The notes beneath the pieces are model-generated. The model worked only from the letters and a program-made list of their open reading frames with translations. It did no database searches and was not told the DNA's origin. Shown here in pieces: positions 12,454 through 24,042 of a DNA stretch of 64,000 nucleotides. The first letter of the stretch is position 1. Each line of letters begins with the position of its first letter. The translations under genes and the position numbers were made by a program. The DNA is from Balanoglossus misakiensis (taxonomy: Eukaryota > Animalia > Hemichordata): positions 12,959,834-13,023,833 of the forward strand of contig CM082579.2 in assembly GCA_040954595.2 (NCBI GenBank). The letters are read 5' to 3'.

Positions 12454-15400
12454 CAGTCGAGAAACTGGGTAGTGAATTTGCATATTTTATCATCGCCGGA
12501 GCCTCGCTTTCGAACACGCGGGAGCTGCAAACATGGCATTCGCTACCCTCGCCGTTGTCATGTAAACACATTTTTAGAAGTGGTTTATCTCAGTTAAAAA
12601 CCCCGAAAGAAAAAGAAAAATCAACTTTTCTGAGGTATTATAAAGTAATTATTGGGATAACGAAAAAATCCGCCATTTTTAGCGTCATTTTCTTGCAATT
12701 CACGACCTATCTCGGCACCAGTCATTACGGTGATTTATCACGCTACGACGGGCCAACTTTCAGCGAACGGGTACGGGGTCAAGGAGGTCGTTAGCCATCA
12801 CGATATTTCAATCACATGATTTGGAAAGTTCAAGGGTACTTCAGTCCAAAAATGGGAGTAGTGCCGCCTTGCAAACGCAAACGACGCAGTGTTTACTGAT
12901 CCAGGTCACGTACTTCCGGGTTTCGATGTTGCGCGCAATGTGTATGCGTTGAAGTTAGTCATGCGTACAGGTCTGTAGGTTCCCGGCGTTAATTAAAGCC
13001 GCCCGGCCGCGAACCACACGATGTGAGTTAAAGCCCAACCTGCACGACCCAGTCCACCAGGGCTACAATTATTGCGGCTACGGTTATGCGAAATACTGGC
13101 TCTCCTTGCAAGTCACCGCGTATGTTGCATGCCCCCCCCCCCCCCCCCCCCCGCCACGTACAGCCACACTGAGTTAGTAACATTGGCAAATACATTTGCT
13201 AGTTTTACCCAGCAATTTCATCATCACTGTCAAGGTGCTATCATCAACTTTGAGAACATTTTCTTCTGGTAAATCATATTCTTGTTCATCGTCAATAATT
13301 TCTTCTATTTCACAATTTGTGATTTCATTATCATCATTATTTGTTTCTTCTTCAACAATTTCATCAGTTTCTGTCTGCAGTTCCCTGCCCTTGTTATTGT
13401 ATTGTTCACACAGTTCAGGCAATTACAGCCTGGGCCACACATCATGCCCTTCTTTTTGCATTTACATGTATTATTCCTGCATCCTGTTTTCTTACATTTA
13501 CACCCTTTTGTGTAAAACATCACACACTCTTGAACCTTCTCCATATTTTCCACAGAATCCCACAGTATATTTATTTTCCCATTTTCCACATTGTATCCTG
13601 AGTTTTCATAAGGAGAAAGTGTAATGTGATGTCGGTGAGCTTGTGACCAATAACATGGGTTCTCCAACAACCAGTTTGTCCCCAACATGCATTGCATTGC
13701 TGTTTTGATTAAAATTAGTTCATCCAGCTCAGCCTCTGGATTTAAATTATCAAATTATCTTGACGTTTACATATAATGTTTGATAACCCTGTGTCACTTC
13801 AGTGACAATTTTTTTCTTTTCATTTTTCTACTGTGCGGTACAAAGACATGTAGCACTTTTTACACAGTGTGCTAGTTTCATCCAGTTTTAATCCAGGATA
13901 GTCCCCATGTTCAGTAAAGTGCTCCATTAGTAACTCTGGATTGTGGGGATATTTTAGAGTAGAAGAGGTCAAGCGTTTATGACAATGGCTAGAAATCTGG
14001 TTTTATCATCCACCCTGGTTTTGTGGCAAGAGACATTTCCACAAATGTGACACGTTTTGTCTTTTTGATGAGGTGCCTGTTCGGTACTACCCTGGGCTTG
14101 TGCTTCAAAGTCTTTTTCTACACATATTCTGCAGCTATTGCATAGACAACCAGATGGAGATAAATTCATTTCTTTTACACCCCAATCTTTGAAATTGTCT
14201 GGCTTATTTACTGTACCCGGTATGTGGTACCATCTTGGAGTTGATAATATGCTACACTTTTTTGGGTCCACATTTTTCTTTGTCAGGGTGAGCCTGCTGA
14301 CTTAATGGAAGAATTCCTCCAAACCCACTAATATAAATGTATAAATGCATCCCCCCTTTTGTTGGTATATTTATTTGTCCATACAAGGGTTTTCCCTGAA
14401 AGAATAATTTGAAACTATCAGTATTCAAATTTAATTCCTCAGATATTACATTTTTCAAGGAGCTGACATATGGATCTGTGAGCCGAAAAAAATACTCATG
14501 TGAATTTAGATGAACAATTATGTCACATCCACTTGCAATCTTTTTATCAGATTGAATTGCCTTGAATTTTGATTTGAGTCTACAGAATCTGCTTTGTATG
14601 TCACATAACAGGAGTAAGGCTTGACTGCATTGTGACAAACGTTTTTTAATCATGGTTTCTGCCATAATAATGGATTTGTCTTTTATAAATTCTTGGCGAC
14701 ACTTATGGCAATGATGTTTTAGAGGTTCTGATATTTTGCACACAGACTGCAGCAATTTTTTTAACTCTTGCAGTTGATTACACACTGTTTTTATTTGTTT
14801 CACTACATTATTTTTTACTTTACTCTTATCCCACATTTTTTAATACAAATATTATATCGATGCTCTGCCAGTCGTAAAAATGTGGAAATATGGTACTTGT
14901 AAGCTTTGTAATTATTAAATGAAGGCTTGCTAGCACTTTTAAGCACATTTAACATATTTGCAACTTTTGTTTTTATTTCAGTTGAGTTTGTATACAGAAC
15001 CTTGTTTTTTTCCACTTCAGAGCAGGTTTTGTTAATTTGCAACAGTGCATTTATACTGACAGAGTTTATGCGTGAACGATGCACCATCCTTGTCCACAAA
15101 GACAAGGATTGACTCCACATACAATCACCATTTTTATGCGTTTTATGGTATCTGTAGTACAAACATGTACTTAGTAGTATAACCCTGGAAGCCAACAATG
15201 CACCAATAAATCCGAAAAAAATCCACTTCTCTGGTAAAACAATAGCAAAGTGATAGCTATGTTAATGTTAGACGAAAATATACACGATTTAGTCATACAT
15301 AAGTCCAAAGAATCATGCGTGGATGCACCTCAGTGACACGATCACGATCCGATGAGACAGTAAACAATCAGCCGCCATATTGGATTTTGCTGGCGTCGAC

Positions 15401-15836
15401 CACCCAAAACATACTCAAATTCAATGGCCCGAAACTCCACTTTGAGAAGCTTGAGCCAAAACGAAACGATATCCGTTCAAAATATAAGATATAAAACTAA
15501 TACAAAAAGCACACTTGAAACAATTGTATGCTTGCAAATGGAAACGACGCAGTGTTTATTTTACCACATGCGCTAGACGTCGCTTACAAATGATATCAGA
15601 GATCAAACAGAAATACGATAAATTTTCCACTTTCAACACGATCGGACGATAGGTTACGTCTATCAAACCTGAGGGACGCAGTTTGGTGGCACAAATCTCA
15701 CCTTATGGTGTAGAAAAAGACGATTTTCTGAAACTGAAAAAATACACCAACGGTTCTCGAAGTAATGGTGGCGCTGTTGAAATTCAAAGTAAAATCTCAT
15801 TAACATATGCAAATTCACTACCCAGTTTCTCGACTG
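12454..15836 (-). mobile_element. Internally deleted Academ-like DNA transposon, 3383 bp
   Basis: Perfect 32-bp TIR CAGTCGAGAAACTGGGTAGTGAATTTGCATAT; 4-bp TSD GTAG (12450-53, 15837-40). Minus-strand ORF remnants end in a Cys-rich finger like that of AcademX proteins. The boundaries are firm; the superfamily is inferred. Confidence 0.8.
13174..15198 (-). pseudogene. Frameshifted transposon protein: basic N-terminus, ubiquitin-like domain, CxxC zinc-binding motifs, deletion, then Cys8/CXC finger and acidic tail
   Basis: Consecutive same-strand ORFs 15198-14815, 14836-14252, 14271-13969, 13697-13305 and 13422-13174. Motifs: VSSLKNVI...DSFKLFFQGKPL...GFGG; LCNSC, CHIC, LCKKCY; WSQA...WDSVEN...KGCKCKKTGCRNNTCKCKKKGMMCGPGCNCLNC; E/D-rich tail. 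No transposase or XPG core is left. Confidence 0.7.
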
Positions 15837-16073
15837 GTAGCTCATACCCAACTTGACAGACTCCTTTGTTTACACTTCGGAGCCAAAAAGGTTGGTGCGA
15901 GGGGTGTGTCTACATTGATGCACGTGGGGATATGAGAAACAAAATACTTTGTTTACAAGAAAAATCTATGCCGTCTCTCTGCCTGTATGTTTCTACTACA
16001 AGCTCTTATAGAAACATGATTATGAAATAAGTTTGCAAGACTGTATGGAAGAATATCCTGAACTCAATATTAA

Positions 16074-16298
16074 AGTGAAGGGGTCGTCGCGCCGCGTTTG
16101 TTTATAAACATTACAATTCATCCACAACAAATTAGATCATTCTTAGAATGAACGAAGCAGCCAACTGTAGTGTAGACTGGGCATGGCAGCAACTGAAGAT
16201 CCTAGTAGGTCGCGGCGACTGCAGTGGGTTTGCGCTTGTATGGGAGGGCATATTCTCATCAAGGGGGGACACCCTCGCGGCACGACGACCCCTTCCCT
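16074..16298 (+). mobile_element. Kolobok-like MITE (~225 bp), copy 1
   Basis: TIR AGTGAAGGGGTCGTCG / CGACGACCCCTTCCCT, with TTAA on the left only. An inverted homologue with both TTAA lies at 47545-47772. The right part is duplicated again at ~17940-18020. Confidence 0.7.
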
Positions 16299-19200
16299 AC
16301 TGTTGCTGAAAAATACTTGAATATGAAAGTTGAAACAGTGATAGTTGCACATGAGGTATCTGATATGGCATTAACATAAACATAACAAAATAAAGTTTTG
16401 AATGTTCCTTGCAATCTGCAATTGCATGAAAATATTCTCTGTACTGTTAATAAAGTATAATGTCTGCTCCTAATTCTGCAAAATGTGTCATACTAAAATG
16501 TTATACCATTAGTGACACTATGACTAATAATAAAATATCATACTCTTCCCTTATGTATTTCAGCTGTTAATGAAATGATATTCCCATCCCTATCTTTCTA
16601 CTGGTACTAAGCTATAAGTAAAATGTTACACTTATCCCACACATAGTAATGGTATTATAACTGGTAGTCCAATGCCATGCCCATCCCCTTGCTGTGTTAA
16701 TTGATAATAAAGTGTCATACCCTCCCCTTGTTATGTACTGTTGCTGTTAATAAAATGTTATGACAATCCCTCATTGTACTACATGTAATACTTAACTGTA
16801 AGCACAATATCATGCACATCCCTTGCTTTTTAGTAAAATGCCATGCCTTCCCCTAGTTCTGTACTATAATTGTTAGTCAAATGTCATGTCCAACACTCAC
16901 TTTGTACTATAAGTTACCAATAATAAAAATGTCATGCCCTCCCTGCTTCTCTATAGTTGTTAATAAAATGTTACTCCCACCCCAAGGGTTGTACTGGTAC
17001 TTGAACTGTTAGTAAAATATCATGCCCATGTTCCTAGTTATGAACTGAAACGTTTAGGCTAATCAACTGTAATGCTCATGTACTTGGTTGAGTAAAATGT
17101 CTGCCAATGTCTTGCCTAGTTCTACGACTCATAATAAAATGCCATGCCCTCCCCTAGTTCCGTACTGTAGGGGTCAATAAAACGCATTATCTGGCCACCC
17201 CTAGCTCTTAAGTTGATCGTATGCCATGCCGAAACCTAGTTCTGTATTGTGACTTAGAGCTTAGATGGTCCTATAAAGCTTATAAAACTTGTGCACACTC
17301 CAAATAGGATGAAAATGTCATGTGTACCGACTGATAATAAACTGTCATTTCATCCCAGTTATGCACTCAAAAAATGACGTGGCATTAAACACTAGAGGAC
17401 GTGTACTGATCTGAGTGAATCAGATCCCGTGAGGAGTACGGTGCCCAGAGTACACGTGTACTAGTAGAGAAATGCCAAGTGTTGCTACATCTTCGCGCTT
17501 CGCCCGCCATTGCTCTCCGGAAAATAGGAGTGTGGTCGAGCGAACACGTGCGAGCGGAAAGTCGTGTTGCGACCGTCGGTGAGGCGAATTAAGACACAGC
17601 GCTAATAATAGTGTCTGTAACGACTATCACACCGAAACTCATTTACAGTAAATATAAAAACAGACTACGTCGGAGAAGTCTTTCGACGTGTCTTCGTTCT
17701 CGAGGAGCCATTTGTATCTGCATTTGCATACCAGAAAGCCACGCCTTCCAGCCTCGTTCGCGGGTGACTTGTTTGTAATTGCCAAAGGCGAGTTAGTCAT
17801 GTGCTTAGTTTGTTGGGTGTCAATGTAATCGTCCATGTTAACTTATTTGGTACAATTCGAGACATATGCACACAAAAATGATGTAGCATTAAACACTAGA
17901 GGACGTGTACTGATCTGAGTGAATCAGATCCCGTGAGGTCGCCATTGTGGGGTTTGCACTGGTATGGGAGGGCATATTCTCATCAAGGGGACACCCTCTG
18001 GGTGCGACGACCCCTTCCCTACTGTTGCTGAAAAATACTTGTATATGAAAGTTGAAACAGTGATAGTTGCACATGAGGTATCTGATATGGCATTAACATA
18101 AACATAACAAAATAAAGTTTTGAATGTTCCTTGCAATCTGCAATTGCATGAAAATATTCTCTGTACTGTTAATAAAGTATAATGTCTGCTCCTAATTCTG
18201 CAAAATGTGTCATACTAAAATGTTATACCATTAGTGACACTATGACTAATAATAAATTATCATACTCTTCCCTTATGTATTTCAGCTGTTAATGAAATGA
18301 TATTCCCATCCCTATCTTTCTACTGGTACTAAGCTATAAGTAAAATGTTACACTTATCCCACGCATAGTACTGGTATTATAACTGGTAGTCCAATGCCAT
18401 GCCCATCCCCTTGCTGTGTTAATTGATAATAAAGTGTCATACCCTCCCCTTGTAAAAATCAATGTACACATTTCTATGTTAGCACGCTTGAGATGTTCTT
18501 CCCATTATTTGCGCATTGAAACAGACAGAAAACTGAAAAATGATGTAAATGAAAGAGTATGTTTGATGTGTAACAATAATGAAGTTGAAAACGAATGTCA
18601 TTTTCTTTTATTCTGTAATTTTTTTGAAAACATGAGAATGAAGTATATTCCCCGTTATTATTTTAATCCACCAATGGAAAGAAAGTTTATTTGTTTAATG
18701 ACAACTGAGGATCCAGATACACTACAACGTCTAGCAGCGTTCACTTTCCATGCTATGAAAGTGAGAAAGGAAATACATGATATGGACTTATTTTGAGTGT
18801 TTGTAAATATTATTTTCCTGTCATCTTTTTTTCTGTACTTGTTTGACTAAAATATGAAATATGTTGGGCCGATGGCCTAGAAATACTGAATACAGACCAC
18901 TATTACAATACCCTCCCCTTGTTCTGTACTGTTGCTGTTAATTAAAAAATGTTTTGCCAATCCCTCATTGTACTACAAGTAATACTTAACTGTAAGTATA
19001 ATATCATGCACATCCCTTGCTTTTTAGTAAAATGCCATGCCTTCCCCTAGTTCTGTACTATAACTGTTAGTCAAATGTCATGTCCAACACTCACTTTGTA
19101 CTATAAGTTACCAATAATAAAAATGTCATGCCCTCCCTGCTTCTCTATAGTTGTTAATAAAATGTTACTCCCACCCCAAGGATTGTACTGGTACTTGAAC

Positions 19201-22200
19201 TGTTAGTAAAAAATCATGCACATGTTCCTAGTTATGAACTGAAACGTTTAGGCTAATCAACTGTAATGCTCATGTACTTGGTTTAGTAAAATGTCTGCCA
19301 ATGTCTTGCCTAGTTCTACGACTCATAATAAAACGCCATGCCCTCCCCTAGTTCCGTACTGTAGGGGTCAATAAAACGCATTATCTGGCCACCCCTAGCT
19401 CTTAAGTTGATCGTATGCCATGCCGAAACCTAGTTCTGTATTGTGACTTAGAGCTTAGATGGTCCTATAAAGCTTATAAAACTTGTGCACACTCCAAATA
19501 GGCCGAAAATGTCATGTGTACCGACTGATAATAAACTGTAATTTCATCCCAGCTATGCACTCAAAAATGACGTGGCATTAAACACTAGAGGACGTGTACT
19601 GATCTGAGTGAATCAGATCCCGTGAGGAGTACGGTGCCCAGAGTACACGTGTACTAGTAGAGAAATGCCAAGTGTTGCTACATCTTCGCGGTTCGCCCGC
19701 CATTGCTCTCCGGAAAATAGGAGTGTGGTCGAGCGAACACGTGCGAGCGGAAAGTCGTGTTGCGACCGTCGGTGAGGCGAATTAAGACACAGCGCTAATA
19801 ATAGTGTCTGTAACGACTATCACACCAAAACTCATTTACAGTAAATATAAAAACAGACTACGTCGGAGAAGTCTTTCGACGTGTCTTCGTTCTCGAGGAG
19901 CCATTTGTATCTGCATTTGCATACCAAAAAGCCACGCCTTCCAGCCTCGTTCGCGGGTGACTTGTTTGTAATTGCCAAAGGCGAGTTAGTCATGTGCTTA
20001 GTTTGTTGGGTGTCAATGTAATCGTCCATGTTAACTTATTTGGTACAATTCGAGACATATGCACTCAAAAATGATGTGGCATTAAACACTAGAGGACGTG
20101 TACTGATCTGAGTGAATGAGATCCCGTGAGGAGTACGGTGCCCACAGTACACGTGTCCTAGTAAAGAAATGCCAAATGTTGCTACATCTTCGCGCTTCGC
20201 CCGCCAAGGTCGCCATGCCCATCCCCTTGCTGTGTTAATTGATAATAAAGTGTCATACCCTCCCCTTGTTCTGTACTGTTGCTGTTAATAAAATGTTATG
20301 ACAATCCCTCATTGTACTACATGTAATACTTAACTGTAAGTACAATATCATGCACATCCCTTGCTTTTTAGTAAAATACCATGCCTTCCCCTAGTTCTGT
20401 ACTATAACTGTTAGTCATATGTCATGTCCAACACTCACTTTGTAATATAAGTTACCAATAATAAAAATGTCATGCCCTCCCTGCTTCTCTATAGTTGTTA
20501 ATAAAATGTTACTCCCACCCCAAGGGTTGTACTGGTACTTGAACTGTTAGTAAAATATCATGCCCATGTTCCTAGTTATGAACTGAAACGTTTAGTAAAA
20601 TGTCTGCCAATGTCTTGCCTAGTTCTACAACTCATAATAAAATGCCATGCCCTCCCCTAGCTCCGTACTGTAGGGGTCAATAAAACGCATTATCTGGCCA
20701 CCCCTAGCTCTTAAGTTGATCGTATGCCATGCCGAAACCTTGTTCGGTATTGTGACTTAGAGCTTAGATGGTCCTATAAAGCTTATAAAACTTGTGCACA
20801 CTCCAAATAGGCCGAAAATGTCATGTGTACCGACTGATAATAAACTGTCATTTCATCCCAGCTATGCACTCAAAAATGACGTGGCATTAACACTAGAGGA
20901 CGTGTACTGATCTGAGTGAATCAGATCCCGTGAGGAGTACGGTGCCCAGAGCACACGTGTACTAGTAGAGAAATGCCAAGTGTTGCTACATCTTCGCGCT
21001 TCGCCCGCCATTGCTCTCCGGAAAATAGGAGTGTGGTCGAGCGAACACGTGCGAGCGGAAAGTCGTGTTGCGACCGTCGGTGAGGCGAATTAAGACACAG
21101 CGCTAATAATAGTGTCTGTAACGACTATCACACCAAAACCCATTTACAGTAAATATAAAAACAGACTACGTCGGAGAAGTCTTTCGACGTGTCTTCGTTC
21201 TCGAGGAGCCATTTGTATCTGCATACCAGAAAGCCACGCCTTCCAGCCTCGTTCGCGGGTGACTTGTTTGTAATTGCCAAAGGCGAGTTAGTCATGTGCT
21301 TAGTTTGTTGGGTGTCAATGTAATCGTCCATGTTAACTTATTTGGTACAATTCGAGACATATGCACTCAAAAATGATGTGGCATTAAACACTAGAGGACG
21401 TGTACTGATCTGAGTGAATGAGATCCCGTGAGGAGTACGGTGCCCACAGTACACGTGTCCTAGTAAAGAAATGCCAAATGTTGCTACATCTTCGCGCTTC
21501 GCCCGCCAAGGTCGCCATGCCCATCCCCTTGCTGTGTTAATTGATAAGTGTCATACCCTCCCCTTGTTCTGTACTGTTGCTGTTAATAAAATGTTATGAC
21601 AATCCCTCATTGTACTACATGTAATACTTAACTGTAAGTACAATATCATGCACATCCCTTGCTTTTTAGTAAAATACCATGCCTTCCCCTAGTTCTGTAC
21701 TATAACTGTTAGTCAAATGTCATGTCCAACACTCACTTTGTAATATAAGTTACCAATAATAAAAATGTCATGCCCTCCCTGCTTCTCTATAGTTGTTAAT
21801 AAAATGTTATTCCCACCCCAAGGGTTGTACTGGTACTTGAACTGTTAGTAAAATATCATGCCCATGTTCCTAGTTATGAACTGAAACGTTTAGTAAAATG
21901 TCTGCCAATGTCTTGCCTAGTTCTACAACTCATAATAAAATGCCATGCCCTCCCCTAGTTCCGTACTGTAGGGGTCAATAAAACGCATTATCTGGCCACC
22001 CCTAGCTCTTAAGTTGATCGTATGCCATGCCGAAACCTAGTTCTGTATTGTGACTTAGAGCTTAGATGGTCCTATAAAGCTTATAAAACTTGTGCACACT
22101 CCAAATAGGCCGAAAATGTCATGTGCACCGACTGATAATAAACTGTCATTTCATCCCAGCTATGCACTCAAAAAATGACGTGGCATTAAACACTAGAGGA

Positions 22201-23300
22201 CGTGTACTGATCTGAGTGAATCAGATCCCGTGAGGAGTACGGTGCCCAGAGCACACGTGTACTAGTAGAGAAATGCCAAGTGTTGCTACATCTTCGCGCT
22301 TCGCCCGCCATTGCTCTCCGGAAAATAGGAGTGTGGTCGAGCGAACACGTGCGAGCGGAAAGTCGTGTTGCGACCGTCGGTGAGGCGAATTAAGACACAG
22401 CGCTAATAATAGTGTCTGTAACGACTATCACACCAAAACTCATTTACAGTAAATATAAAAACAGACTACGTCGGAGAAGTCTTTCGACGTGTCTTCGTTC
22501 TCGAGGAGCCATTTGTATCTGCATACCAGAAAGCCACGCCTTCCAGCCTCGTTCGCGGGTGACTTGTTTGTAATTGCCAAAGGCGAGTTAGTCATGTGCT
22601 TAGTTTGTTGGGTGTCAATGTAATCGTCCATGTTAACTTATTTGGTACAATTCGAGACATATGCACTCAAAAATGATGTGGCATTAAACACTAGAGGACG
22701 TGTACTGATCTGAGTGAATGAGATCCCGTGAGGAGTACAGTGCCCACAGTACACGTGTCCTAGTAAAGAAATGCCAAATGTTGCTACATCTTCGCGCTTC
22801 GCCCGCCAAGGTCGCCATGCCCATCCCCTTGCTGTGTTAATTGATAATAAAGTGTCATACCCTCCCCTTGTTCTGTACTGTTGCTGTTAATAAAATGTTA
22901 TGACAATCCCTCATTGTACTACATGTAATACTTAACTGTAAGTACAATATCATGCACATCCCTTGCTTTTTAGTAAAATGCCATGCCTTCCCCTAGTTCT
23001 GTACTATAACTGTTAGTCAAATGTCATGTCCAACACTCACTTTGTACTATAAGTTACCAATAATAAAAATGTCATGCCCTCCCTGCTATAGTTGTTAATA
23101 AAATGTTACTCCCACCCCAAGGATTGTACTGGTACTTGAACTGTTAGTAAAATATCATGCCCATGTTCCTGAGCCATTTGTATCTGCATAAATTTGCATT
23201 TCCAGTCTCGTTCGCGGATGACTTGTTTGTATTTGTCAAAGGCGAATTAGGCACGTGCTTAGTTTTTTGGGTATCAGTGTAATCGTCCATGGTAACTTAT
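16299..23300. repeat. Tandem array of a ~1.3-kb composite unit (about 5 copies) with degenerate ~40-bp subrepeats and a Helitron/Helentron-like motif
   Basis: Motif ACTAGAGGACGTGTACTGATCTGAGTGAAT(C/G)AGATCCCGTGAGG at 17391, 17895, 19584, 20088, 20892, 21390, 22192 and 22690. Unit period 1308 and 1300 bp. Subrepeat consensus approximately AAAATGCCATGCCCTCCCCTAGTTCTGTACT. Confidence 0.9.
18454..18907 (+). mobile_element. 5'-truncated LINE 3' end (RTEX-like) inserted in one array unit
   Basis: 15-bp TSD ATACCCTCCCCTTGT (18439-53, 18908-22). Open frame ARLRCSSHYLRIETDR...ERVCLMC...VENECHFLLFC (CCHC knuckle of LINE ORF2) to a stop at 18796, then a short 3' UTR. Absent from the other units. Confidence 0.88.
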
Positions 23301-24042
23301 TTGTCTATTACATATTTTAATGTCATCTTTCTTATCAAGCCTTGATCTAATTACATGTTATTTTCGTAAACACCACGGGTTCACAGAGTTTTGCTTCCAG
23401 GATGTCTGCAGTTGAATACAGCACACACATCTGCTTCTTTCCCCAATGGCAGAGAGCGTAGCAATAAATAATGTATGGTAATTACGTATACGTCCCTTTC
23501 TTAGATCAAAATCATTTAAGTTAACATGGGGGACGAGATAAGGGTGAAGCAATAGTAATTCAAATAAGATAAAATCTAAAATACTGTAATCCTGGTTTGT
23601 CTTCATTAAACTAAATTGACGCGCATGAAGGGCTGCAGTCCATTCGTTAATTCTCTTGATCGTTCTCTCTATTGAACCCAACAGTAAAATACAAAAAGGT
23701 AAGCCAGACCGGCCAGGTGCTAACTTGGTCTGACTGGTACGCTGGAAAGGGAAATCGTCAGACAGCACCATTTTCAGGACAAGATGTCAATTATGTTTGT
23801 GCTACCGGTGGATGCAATGGTCCTCTCATTGTATTATAGAGCTACTATATTTACGAAATTCGCATAGCAATGCTATGTTTCGGCTTTACAACCTGAAGCC
23901 AGAGTTTGAAGCAATGAGGAAGGCTGTTGTTATGTTGACCTTCCAAATTTTTGGCCAATTGAGATAATTATTCGGCACATCAAGGGAGAATCTCCAATAA
24001 TCTCTGCCGGAACAGTTGAAAAAGGACAAATCTATCGCATAT

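Noticed and set aside
13196-13624. Plus-strand Ser-rich ORFs
   Set aside because: Antisense shadows of the acidic/Cys-rich transposon ORF.
23358-24040. 137-aa ORF and splice-like sites
   Set aside because: No recognisable motif and no consistent exon chain.
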